A stretch of 64,000 nt of DNA from Lingula anatina (taxonomy: Eukaryota > Animalia > Brachiopoda), in assembly GCA_051362555.1 (NCBI GenBank), contig CM120643.1:12188644-12252643 (forward strand), read 5' to 3'. Both the position numbers and the translations under genes were made by a program. Of the stretch, positions 1 to 12,410 are shown in pieces. The notes beneath the pieces are model-generated. The model did not search any database. It was not told the origin of the DNA and saw only the letters and a list, made by a program, of their open reading frames with translations. Each line of letters opens with the position of its first letter. The first letter of the stretch is position 1.

Positions 1-3000
1 AGTATCATGATGAGAAATTGACTGTACAAGTCTGTCACACAATCTGTGCATGCTTCCAATGATTGCAACAACACTATTTTGTCACTGCAGTGCCACTTCA
101 ATTAAATGTACCAGGTAAGACTGTCTGAAATAATGGCTGTGAAAAGAGCGTACTTTAATTTCTCTGAAAAGATACAATACCAGTTTCCCATTCTCTCTAG
201 GTCTGACCTGATTCTTCTATAAATATACCCTAATAGATTCATTTGATATACGTAACACAAATAACTAGACACAACAGTTTCTAAACCCTTCTTGTACAGG
301 TAAACATAGCCAATAGTGTCACATGTTAAAACGACCCACTTTTTATCTGTGTGTAAAAACTTGTGTAAATCAGCTTCTCCTCCCCCCCCTCCCCCAAACA
401 TTTTTGTAACCCATTTATGTTGGAAATATTTTTTTCAACTGCTCCATGAAAATTCCAAGGATTTCTCCTTCTGACATCTGTTTTGGCACATTTACCTGCC
501 TTCTCAATACCATGGCCCAAGAAATAGGCATGAAGCTAATGATTTGGAACTAATCACGTCCTAAATTCTTTCGCGTTTTCACCACTTTCTATATCTGGCA
601 TACATTAAGGATACTAAATTAGATAGACAGGAAGAACTTAAGCAGTACATTTTGTATATTTAGCATCTACTGTTCATCTGTCTGTCAATACTAAAAAAAA
701 AAGTCATCAGATGGATGCAAAATAATAATGGGCAAATTTGGGCGTAACTATCATGGCCAATTAAAAAAAAACATTAAACTCACTACTTAAATAAATTGAA
801 TATTGAAAATGTAAATGAGCTCAGAATAAGATTTTTGTCATAAGAAGCTATGTGTAAGAGATGCATATTTACATAACTGAACTTTTAATAATTAATTTCT
901 TAAATTCATCTCAATAACTGAATTCTCAGGTTAGTAAAAGCCTGATCAAAAGTGTCTATCTGAACATTCAGTCAGACTGAATACTAAATTGCTAGTAAAA
1001 TTCACAAAAAATCTCAAGTCTACCTTAAAATCAATTCACTCCAATGATTGAACAGATTTCCTGACTCAAAACACTAAAACCATGTGAACTTAAGAGTCTA
1101 GGCTCAATTTACCATCCAGTAATGGACCTTAAAGTTACATTTATAGCAAGCGTGGATACTCAGTAAGGCGAAAAGCAACTTCTACAAGTTTCTTGTATGA
1201 CCAAAAATAAAGTTGACATGCAAAGGGATAAGCCAAATTAATCACTGGATAAGCCATAAAAGAGCTTTAAAACTGCATCTTCTTCAAATTTCTGGTTGAG
1301 ATATCTGTCCCTCCTGTTAAATGATGGAATACTACACGTGCATTGCATAATCATCACTCCAATGTGTGGATATAGCTGTACGCATCACATATTTATTTAA
1401 ATGAGTTGCCGAAAATGACTGAAGATTACATTTAGCGCATAAAGCAAGCATAGAATATCCACCCAAATACCATTTTTCTGGTAATATTAAACAATGTCCT
1501 TTGGTATTTCTCTAAGTTACACTATTTAAAACTGTATGGAGGCATTTGTCCGGGCTTTGTGGCAATAATTCAAATGCATCTTTAAAAAGTACCCCACAGA
1601 TCATGCAATTATTACCAACATCACTGAAGGAGGTTGAGTTTTCATCAGTTTGGTGTTAATTCAACAAGGTCGCTTAAAAAGTTCTTCGAAAATTTTGATG
1701 AAATTTCAAGGACCATAGCATTAAATGAAAGAAACAGTAGTCTTTGAGAGAACTTAAACTTATATCAGTCTCACAAAAGTTACCATGTAGAGCAAGACAC
1801 ATGCAACGTATTTATTGTATGACAGGTAGCACGAGAAGAATAGAATTCCTTTTGAAAAGCTTTTTATATCACGGTGCTCACAATGGGAGGGATACTTTTT
1901 CAGGTCAGTGGGGGCAAATTTTGTGAAAAATCATTCTGCATTTCATGGTAAGAAATACAAAAGGAGTAAAACAACCTTGATGAAATGTGAGCGGGGCTGA
2001 TCATGACTGTTTATGTAAAACCACCATTCTCAAAAGATTTTGTTGAAAGTACATGCAGAGCAAACATATTTCTATGGAAAATTCTCTGATTACCTGGAAG
2101 CACAGATACGGGATCTCAAATACACTTCATAACATATCTTGTCTCTATTACCTTTACTTTTTTGTTCTTTGTTCTTCTGACAAATTGCATGCTTTGCAAA
2201 GAGGACTGAAAACTTTACACACAAAATATAATAGTATGAATTAATTAAGTTTTACAAGTGTGCGTTATTAATGTCAAACTTGGGGTTTTCATGTGCTTCA
2301 GATGTGGTGAGAGGAGTCTTTGGAAAGAAAAGACATGGCATGCTAACAAGTTTGTTTATTATTGATTTTCTTACACATGCAACAGACAGACAGATAAACT
2401 GGAAGACCAACAGACAAACAAAGGGACAGACAGACAGATAAACAGATAGACGGACGGGCAGACAAACAGATATATAGAGTTATAAATATATCTTTACCAC
2501 CTGACTGACTGATACACCTGAAGGCCTTGTAGCTGAAATATACTGACCTCCATTTCAAACTGAAGTTCTAGTAAAAAGATCTATTAGTTATAATTCCACG
2601 TTTATCTTAGCTGAAAGCAACTGCATGAATCAAAACTTTGGCTTTGATATGTACATAATAACTTGAGTCTCTCTCTCACACACACACACACCAACTCTCA
2701 TCATGAGAAGATACACTGATGAAGCATTTCATGTTACCAATATGAAGATACAAAATAAATCAACAAATAAACCAAGAGAATAAAGTTTTTCTTTAAGAAT
2801 CAATTTTATATTCTTTCACATCCAATCATGCACATAGTTTGCGATCACAGCACTCTGCCAATAATAATAATATTAATAAAGCGCCCACTTTTCCCACACT
2901 GTATTATTCTGACTGCCCTTGCAATCCCCCAATCAAATTCAAGGTACTGCAAAGAAATATCAATACCCGAAGTCCAGCTGGCGGTCAGCATATATTTTTC

Positions 3001-3055
3001 ACCATGGATACCCCCTCCCCCCCTGTACCTTGTGCAACTGCCCTCCTCTTCTTAC

Positions 3056-3200
3056 CTTGAACTCAGCGGGTTGGCGTAGGCCTGTTAGTCGATGGTGGGT
3101 AGCGCAGGCTATTCATTAACCCCCAGTCAATCCAATCACGCTGTTATAGAGCCAGAGACTGCCTCGTCGCCGCCTAATCAATACCAGTCACTACTCTACA
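3056..3200 (-). other. Candidate non-coding (5'UTR) first exon of the minus-strand host gene
   Basis: Strong donor AAG|GTAAGA at 3056/3055 on -. CpG-dense patch at 3065-3175 in a CpG-poor background. CCAAT-like motif near 3132 and a TA-rich tract at 3232-3250 upstream. No ATG-initiated frame reaches the donor. The 5' end is approximate. Confidence 0.35.
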
Positions 3201-3674
3201 CAAATTCCTATGGAACAAGCCAGCCTTCCTACTATATTTATATATATATATGTATATGTACTACCCGATCTTTCCCACTCTTACAGCCAATGCTGCCTTT
3301 TATTACTACTATGTGTGTAGGCTCTGGGAGCAATGTGTGCATATATTACCAGGGAACCAGAAGGGGGCAGCCTCCTTTTCAGATGGAGGCTCCATGAAGG
3401 AAGGCAGAAGAAGAGAAATGAATGTCTGGAGGGACCTCTACTACTGCCCTCTGCTGGTCAATACTAACCTCTAGAATGCAGACAGTATTTATCTATTTAT
3501 CATTATAATCTTTCGTTCCTGCCTCTGACCGATGCAGACAATCATCAATAATTCTGACTTGTCACATCTCGTTTAGCTTTTTCTGGCCTCAAATCAGCCG
3601 TTCTCTCTATCCTGCCATCTTCCAATACATACTCTGGCCTGAGCAGTTCCAGGAAGGCGAACTGATGAAATCCT

Positions 3675-3688
3675 GTTGCCATAGTAAC
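3675..3688. promoter_or_regulatory. RFX X-box
   Basis: GTTGCCATAGTAAC matches the RFX palindrome GTNRCC(N0-3)RGYAAC. Confidence 0.5.
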
Positions 3689-5538
3689 CAAATAATTTAT
3701 ACACCATGCAGCAGACCAGAGGCAGTGTCTTTCCGATCGGAGGAGAGAAAAAGACGAAATGAAAGAAAGGGAAAAATTCCAATGAATGAAGCATATATTT
3801 ATTGCCTGTTTAATTAATTTTCTTTGCTGATGAAATAGCTGTCGTGTGTCTTTCGTGAGCCCTTTCTCTGCATGTCCACTTTATTATGACCACACAGCTG
3901 GCTGGGTATATAGGTCGAATACATTGGCATAGCAGTTCAATAAGGGAAGGCAGATGCATAATTCAGTAATGGCAGTGCAGTAGGCTGTACATGTACATAG
4001 TTCAAGGCTCAATTCAGTGCCCTGTAAAAAAACATTGCTGCAGACTTTGTCAGTGCCTTCAGCATACCTCATGTAACAGTGAGGTCCACGTGTATTGTCA
4101 AATGGTTGCTTTAACTGTTTGATGGAGATGACAGTATTCAGCAGCTTACAAGTGTTTCATCACATGGCAGAAACTTCACTGCAGACTTTTTCATTTTGAA
4201 GCTGTATGCTGGCCGTGAATGGCAAGCCAGATGGACCTGGTACCCCAGAACACGCTGGAAATTTTATTTTCTATGCTGTGAGGGTAAAGGATGTTACAAG
4301 AGCTGCAAAATCAAGTGTATGATCAAAATATGCTCTCCACTCTTGCTGCCTGTGTTCCATGTTGGTTCACGCTGACACAGTGGGAGAGCATTGTGTAAAA
4401 AGATGGAAAGATGAAAAAAAAAAAGCTCACGATGTAAGTGTATTTTTACACTGCATGAATTGCCTGCCTAGGATGAGCAAGGAAAAGAAGTGCCGATCAT
4501 AAGAGCAAGCCGTCTGCCTGCCTGTCTGCATCGTGTTAAAAGCAGCAGAGAATGTACAAAGTTATATCGCATTACGGGATGTTCACTCTTTGAACAGGTG
4601 GACTTCTTCAGTCTGGTCCCTGCACCCAACCACCACAGTTCAGCTGTTACTACTACTACTTTAGACTACGACCACTAGTGTGACCTCAGCACATTTCTCA
4701 CTGTATGGTTTATCTGTTTTCAGATGGCATATGTTCTGATTACAACATGATAAGCAATGAAACTTTTACCATTATCATTACTGTTATTGCCTAGCAAGCT
4801 TTGTACAAGCTTACTGGACATACTCAATGTTTACCTAACCAGGACACAGGACTAAGGTGGGGAGGGGGGGGGGGGTATTTTTTAAATTTATTTTTGATCA
4901 TAAATTGTTCATAAATTTATTGTTATTCATTTTTTAATTTTTTTTTAAAATGAAATTTGTCCCGAAATTTTGTTATATATAGCAAAATAAAGGTTATGAA
5001 GTGCTCTGTTCTAGGTTTTAAAACCTTATCTAAAAAAACAGTTGTAGGAAATCCCTGGCTAGAAATGACATGCAAAATCCAGGGGTTGCCAACAGAATTA
5101 GAGTTCTCAAACTGTCTGGTTCCAAAGTTCCTTCTCTGCATTAGAATAACACGTGAATACAACGAAGATCAATAGTGAGAAAAAATTTGTAGTATTCTCC
5201 AAAATGAACCACTGGCAAACGAAGAACTTTGCCAATGGTTTCTAGCCATGGATACTTGCAGTGAGGTCAGAGCATAGACAGAGAATCCATTCATACAGTT
5301 CCTGAGCCAGCGATATTGACTAAAACACAGTGAGAGTGGCTGTCTGCATAAGTAACTAGGTGCAATGACCCTTTCAGGGCCACCACACTGTATCTGGCAC
5401 AGCCCCTAGCTCAATGCCTGCTATCATCAATCAATGGGTAAAACTACACAAAATGGACAACGTATGCTTTCTTCCCTTTTTTCTCCTGAACTGGACTCCT
5501 CCATATTTTTGGGAGAAGTTCATGTTGGAAAGCAAGGG

Positions 5539-5540
<2 letters not shown>

Positions 5541-5584
<44 letters not shown>

Positions 5585-5604
5585 TGCGTGAGTGTGTGTG
5601 TGTG
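5541..5604. repeat. (GT)n microsatellite
   Basis: Directly visible; perfect over 5541-5580, then imperfect. Confidence 0.95.
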
Positions 5605-6905
5605 CACGCCTGCATGAGTGGGTAGGGGGCGAGGAACTGGGCAGTTGTTTAGCATGCAGTATGAATTTTCTCAAAAAACACATTTGTAAAGTAAAATGGA
5701 TGTTTTTATTTCACTTTCAGTTTTCAACAAACTCTTGGAAGATTCCAGATTGCCAGACAAAAATCAGGAAGATCCAACACATCTCTAGAATTCATAGAAC
5801 CAGACCTTTAGATTGGCTGACGCACTTGATAGATGCTTCAAAGAAATCGGGTGTTAAAAAAAGCTCAGATAGAAATACAGACCAGCAATTTTTTTTTAGA
5901 TATATAAAATCTACAGTGCCTTTCATTAATCTTCTTTAAATAAAATAAAATGCCTAGGAATAGTTGACTTATGAATGGTTATATCAAATGACAAGAAAAC
6001 TGATCATCCTATAAATTGCTGGTCTTGTCACACAGCAATTCAAAAGTAAGAATCCGACCTGACAGGTCATACAACAGCCGGTGTAAGATGAGTAAAATGA
6101 CATTTCGTAATCTCATGACATTAAAATTTTAAGACCCGGTGTGGATGGTAATAGAATTGCACTTCGTCTGCTTTTTTCAAGGCTCTTTCTTACTTGCAGG
6201 TTCACTTGCAATTTCATATCATTCCATTTTAGCCAAGGAGATAATTATTTCATTAAAATCCAATTATAAAGCAATAGCTATGGCAAACTGAAAAAATGAC
6301 AATTTTTTGTTATCAAAACATATTTTCCAATTTTTACAGCTAATTTTGTCAGAGAATTAAATGTGTTTTACCACTGGTGAAAATTAAGCATTCTGGCCCA
6401 GGCACCGGATAAGAATATTAATATAAAATAGGATGCTGAGGTTAGAGGTTGTAAATTAGGGTTAGAGGTTATAAGTCAAGGGGTGTGTAGGTCTGATGTT
6501 ACTGATAGGGCAAACATTCACCTGTAAAATAATCATACACTGGAAATCTGGTGCCAAGAGAGTGTTCTTTAAGATTTGCAACTTCCAGCGTGTTAAAATG
6601 AACTTCCAAGTTATAAGCTACTTAATATCAACTGATTGTTATTCTCTTTCTATTTTGGAAAACTGCCATGAAAAAATAAAAAAAAAAGTAAGAGATATAA
6701 AAACTGTATGTCTTTTGTTACCCATTTTCATAGCCAAGTCACAGCAGTTTAACTACAAGAAGTTCATGTTTAAAAAATCTAATTTCCGAGAACATTGTAT
6801 AAAGCTTTTCCGTGACTCAAAATACCACACTGCGAGGAGCTGAAAAGATCAGTTTGTCACGGATCTCACCCAGATGTCCTTTGCAATAGAAATGGCAACG
6901 TTTAA

Positions 6906-7120
6906 GGCTCTATTCCCATAGATTTTAGATCGATCTATCCCCGCGGGGAGTCTCACTTGATTACTTTCAGATAATCCGACTAAAATGTCCATCCCGCCTA
7001 CTACAAGCTGTAAGGGGGTAATTAACTTTCGTGTCCGCCCGGCTGACAGCTATTTAGCGTGAACCCCCAGGGAGTTAGGTCGATCTAAAGTAGGTCGATC
7101 TAATCTATGGAAATGGGGTG
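6906..7120. mobile_element. MITE, PIF/Harbinger-like (TAA TSD)
   Basis: TAA on both sides (6903-6905, 7121-7123). Imperfect TIR GGCTCTATTCCCATAGATT / AATCTATGGAAATGGGGTG (14 of 19 match). Subterminal AGATCGATC...CCGCGGGG resembles the element at 31924. Confidence 0.65.
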
Positions 7121-8187
7121 TAAGATTCACAAACATGGAAAACCGTGACTAGTGCAACAATAGGAATAGGACAGTTAAATAAAATTAACAAAAGCAAAAA
7201 GAGGAAACTGACGGTAGCAAACTATGAAATCCAAAAAGAAAAAAGCCCTATTTTTTTTATGACAGTCCTTCCTCCAGCCATGAGGCTAACGTGCCTCGGC
7301 AAACAGGTTATTATTTGAAGCTTTCATGTCAAAAACTCATCATCCATACTCTACTTCCCTCTCTGATCATTACTTTGCATGAAAACAAACCAACTCCCTC
7401 AGGTATCAACACATAAAATACATCGGCTGCAATTTGGCCAAATCCACTCTATCAATAATTAATAACCAGACAACGACATGCATATAACCTCCCCCCCCCC
7501 CCCATCTTTCTCTCTTCCCAGCACTTGCACGGACACATGTGCATTCACACATCTCCAATTTGTTCCAAATTACAGGTATGCTCATTAATAGTGCGATTTG
7601 GAAGCAGAGAGGTCAAGAGTTTAGTGTCAACGAGTTCACCTGAAATCTTTCAAGTAGTTTTTTATGGCGCTGTGTAAAGTTATCGCTCGTTATGCCTAGG
7701 TTATTGCATGTCGCAGGAAACCTTACATGTGGAGAGCTCCGTGTGGATTGTGCAAACAAGATTTATTGTGTTCAGCATGGCAGAAAGGCACCTTCTGTTA
7801 CCTGAGGAAAAAAGAAATTGCTATAATCACCTGGTGATGAGGTGTCTTTAATAAACCTCGCTCAAGTGACATAAGATGGTATGATTTACATGTTGACAGT
7901 TGTCTTAAATGAATGCTTGTCAGGTGACATAATTACAGGTGTTATGTCTGGTATTATTCAGGGGTGCCGATGTATCAGTTCTTGGCTTCAGTTCTGATTT
8001 CTTACTAAATGGCACTTACTTCAATTGGCTATCATATGGATTTTAGAATTTATCTTTAATGTGTTTCCTCACCCCTTTAATATTAAAGGGAGCATTCAAA
8101 AGATGCAGCCCTTTTTAAATTGGGAGGGGGGGGGGAGAGACCAACACCGTGCAGCTTACCTCCTGAAAATACTCTTTGAAGAGCCCT

Positions 8188-8239
8188 AGTCACAAGGCAC
8201 TCACAATAAAGAAAGTCACAAGGCACTCACAATAAAGAA
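8188..8239. repeat. Perfect 26-bp tandem duplication
   Basis: AGTCACAAGGCACTCACAATAAAGAA x2. Confidence 0.95.
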
Positions 8240-9901
8240 AGCAGGGATAAAATATGTCTACATAGACATTTTTCCACCTTCCCTATTTATAACATAAAAT
8301 GTGGAAATGTAAAATGCAGTATCTGAAAACAGACATCTAACAATAACCTTCACTTTCAGTTAATATCCTCGGAAACCAGTTGTACAGAAATTGTTCTAGT
8401 ACATGGTTGAAACTGGGTACATGTATGTCTTCTCGTCTTCCAGGAAATGAAATCAAAACATAATTGCCAGATTTTCCGCAATAAGAGAGAAAGATAACAG
8501 CAACAAGGTGAAACTATATGCCGTCATATTCCAGTATATCATTTCAACATTTGGGAAACTGGCAGCGATGTTCAAAGAAAAAAAAAAAAAAAAAAAAAAA
8601 AACAGAAAAAATCAGAACAGAAAACAGAAAGAAATATAACATGACATAATCATTCATAATTAAACGTAATTAAACTATAATAACTGTTTAACTTTCAAAA
8701 ACAAGCTCTCAGCTGCAGAGGGAAATTCAACCTGAGGTGGCAGAGGCATTATGCACTGAAGGATTTTTGTTTCGTTTTTCATTCAATAAGGCACCCAGAG
8801 GTTGCAGCTGACATTTTAAATTCACAGATTCATTAGCATGCCAGGGCAGAAAAAAATGGCCTTGGATTAAAGTGATATATTATGCATTACCTACAGAAAA
8901 TACCATTAATGTAAACCTCTGAATTAGTCAAACTCCTGTTTTCTTTTCAAGCTGATTAAGAAAGAACTTAAATGGATTATATTCTAATAATTGATCTCAC
9001 AAATATATCTGCTAATTCCACCACGTCCCATAATTTAATCATTTCCAACATCTGCACTGAATGAAAAGATATTATGAACATTTATTATTTCTTTCAATGT
9101 CAATCAACATAAGCTATAACGTCTTCATAAAAGTTCATTTTCCTAATCAAAAATGAAAATTTCCTTTTTCAATTTCCCGCACATTCATATCTCCCTAGCT
9201 AGCCACTGATCTTAGTGAGAATAATGTCTATATGATTTTCCCCAAACTAATCGGTTAACTGACACTATTTGAAGAACAGTAAAACACAGCTAACTGTTTC
9301 CCTATCACTGGACTTAGATCAATTCAGGTTTTATAAAAGAGAGCGCGTGCCATACACTTTCATGCCAACAGCCATATGTACACGACGCGTGCCATTCCAC
9401 ACACAAAAAGAAATCTCAAACGTACCCCAATGATACTGACACACTCTTGCCCTTCAATAAACAGAACGTTCTTTTTTTTTTTTTTTTCTAAAAACTGCCC
9501 TTGGTTTCCCAAAACCAGTTTCCCTGACCTATGACACCTCATAAATAGTTTCATGTGCACAAAAATTCCTTTTACAAACTTTGAAACCTGTAAGTCCCAT
9601 TTTTGAGTACACCAGTCACTGAAAGTGGAGGCAGAGCTAGTGTTTATGATGACAAATTAATAGCAAAAAAAAAAAAAAAAAAAACAGACATGAGTATAAA
9701 TTACAAATGTGTTCTAAAGTATGGAATCAAAATTTAGAATGCTGTCATGCTTATCACAGCAAATGAATATTCATCACTATTTTTTCTTAATTCTAGTTAA
9801 CCCTCTAATATTTGGCTTCCATAACTCTAGCCCTATCAGGCCAAGCTTCAAAAGAAAAAAAAGTTTTGTCCAACTTAAGAAGATCCATCTTATCCCATTA
9901 T

Positions 9902-10043
9902 CATGGGTGAGTGTTGTAAAAACTAAAAATCCTGCAAATTAAGCTTGAAATTTCTCATCACTTTTAAACCATTTGTAAAAAGTGATCAAAATGAAGACTG
10001 AAAATCCTGAAAACAGACATAATCCTGCAAACTTTCAACCACG
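9902..10043. mobile_element. Degenerate MITE-like element
   Basis: Weak TIR CATGGGTGA... / ...TTTCAACCACG (about 10 of 15) and three internal AATCCTG(C/A)AAA repeats. No clear TSD. Confidence 0.3.
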
Positions 10044-10597
10044 CGCTATCTTATGAAAGGATTTTTGATGAGAAAATGGCATTATAGCTAAAAATCTTGG
10101 AAAATGCTCATAAATATTCTAGAATTTACATATTTCTCAATCAAATTAAAGTCTTTTCTGTATCAGCTAAAAAAATCAGGCTGTGATCTTGGTAGAAAAC
10201 CTTAGAAAAAAAACTAACCAGGTAACAAGTAGATTTTGGGAAATATAAAAACATGGAGAAAAACTCTTCTTCTAGCTTTTTTCCCCTCATTCTTCACTAA
10301 ATTACAATGACGCAAGTGTCCAAAATTCTTAAACATTTCAGGCAGGACCCCCCCCCCAAAAAAAAAATAAATAAATAAATAAATAATAATAATAAATAAA
10401 TTACATGTGACATGGATAACATGGTTCTAAAGGTTGCAAGACCTGGCGACCTAATGGCTGTTAAACTGAAATAGAGGACACCTTTTTAAAACCATCAAGC
10501 TATACCAGCAGTGACATCAAGTGCTTCCAGTCACATTTACAGCTGTGCTGGCTCTGACGTATTGCGCTTTGTGCGCATACATCTCTGCAAAGCTTAA

Positions 10598-10933
10598 AGG
10601 GATAATAACTCTTCGTTTTGGCCAAAAATGAATTTTCCTGGAGTAAACAACAATTTTCCCATACTTGCCAATGGTTAATGAATCCATTTTTACAATCAAA
10701 GTTAGTCCCTGGTTTTTTTCCAAAAAGTTTGGTTTTTTGTTAAAATCTCTTAAGAGATTATAACAGAGTATAGCCATCAATGGAGGTCACGTGGTCTGAA
10801 GACAAGCTCAGATATCAGAATAATCGCTATAACTGCTGTTTTCGTCATAAAACAGAATATATTATATTTCTATGAGTTATTCACAATTTTTTTATTGTGA
10901 AATATAGATTTCATATGAAGAGTTATTATCCCT
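10598..10933. mobile_element. Non-autonomous Kolobok-like DNA transposon (MITE)
   Basis: Perfect 17-bp TIR AGGGATAATAACTCTTC / GAAGAGTTATTATCCCT. TTAA TSD at 10594-10597 and 10934-10937. AG..CT termini with TTAA fit Kolobok rather than piggyBac (CCY termini). Confidence 0.85.
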
Positions 10934-11756
10934 TTAAATGTACCTCGATGGCAGAAACAGGCAGGAAATTAAAACAAACTAGAAACGCTCACAAAATTAA
11001 AACATATGTAGCATACAGCATTATTCCCTACCTACTGTTTAGACTACATAATCATCAGTCAATCAATATGTCTGGGGATATAATAAAGGTATATGTACTC
11101 AGCGTCAGGTGCTTGATTATTATGGAGAGAAGGGACTGGTAGGACAGACAGACAAGGGGATAAAATGTTTTACGACTTATTTCAAAGCAGTCAGTGCACC
11201 TTCAGTCTGTAGAATCATCCCTGTGTATGCATTGCACATTTTACTTTACATCCAGGTGCCGACACTTAGGAGACCATTTAATGTTAAACTGATGCCTAAT
11301 GATGGCTTCAAGACAGGGCGGGAACAGGTACTGCTTGAGGCGTGTCCTCACATCTCTTGCTTTTGTCATATAAAATAAACAACTTCACTTGAGCAACTGA
11401 ATGATAATTTCTAAGTAGAATTAATCAAATTTGGCTCAAGGTCCCCAGGCCTTGATATATTGTTTGAGGGGAGACATCATCATTAAAAACCTGATGCTCC
11501 AGTGGCGGCACCTAATGGGAAGAGTGAAAACTAAAAGTCATCAGGTAAGCATATATATCCTTGCAAGGCACTTTTAGTTAAATAACATCCAGAATGATTT
11601 TTTTTTTTTTTTTTTTGCTCCCTACTTCATGGTAGAGGAAAATAACTTAACTCAATCATATTTTCATGCACATTTGCCTCTCCAGTGGTGTTGCTTACCA
11701 GATTGTTATATGAACAATATTTGCATGAAACTCCGAACCTCCCCCCTAAACATCTA

Positions 11757-11760
<4 letters not shown>

Positions 11761-11814
<54 letters not shown>
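11761..11814. repeat. (AG)n microsatellite
   Basis: Directly visible. Confidence 0.95.
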
Positions 11815-11816
<2 letters not shown>

Positions 11817-12410
11817 TAGAATGTACCTGGCAAAAGTTCATGGATGACTACCAGTACATTACTGCGCACAGGAAAAAAAAAAGGGGGGGGGGAGGTGTCC
11901 AGAAACAAACTTCTTCTCAGACTGGTATTTGTTGCCAAACCAGCTTCAGGTAAACATGACAACAAAATATAGCAACAATATAGAGGCATTTCACGTTTGT
12001 GAAGTAAACAACCTTACTACAAATTTTTGCACAATAGCTTTTCATATCTTCACTTCCTTTCTGTGAAAAATGCTGAGTCACCAACATTTCATTAGATTTT
12101 TAGCACTTTATGTTCATGACATGGAGCCAAATTTGACAAAGACAAAAGACATAATGGTAGAAAAATAAGTTAATAAGAGATCTGCAACAATAATGGTAAA
12201 CACAGGAATTGAAAATATGTACACAAAAGCCTCAGGATCATCTCCCATAAACTTATCTTCAGAAAAAATGCATTATTTGTTCCAATTAATAATAACCAAA
12301 AATTTTGCAATTTCCACAAGTTGTGCAACATTACTTTACAAAACTGCAGGTGCTTTAACCACTAATTCATTTTTGTTGTTACAGGACCAGGTTATCATGC
12401 AAGGTTAGGG

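Noticed and set aside
5414-5683. ORFs with poly-HT/CV/LS/RE/IY tracts (also at 17.0, 19.0, 23.8, 32.8, 36.7 and 40.8 kb)
   Set aside because: They are translations of dinucleotide microsatellites.
11699-11753. 55-nt cryptic exon with GTAAGC donor
   Set aside because: Its pyrimidine tract is just the (CT)n microsatellite, and its length shifts the frame.
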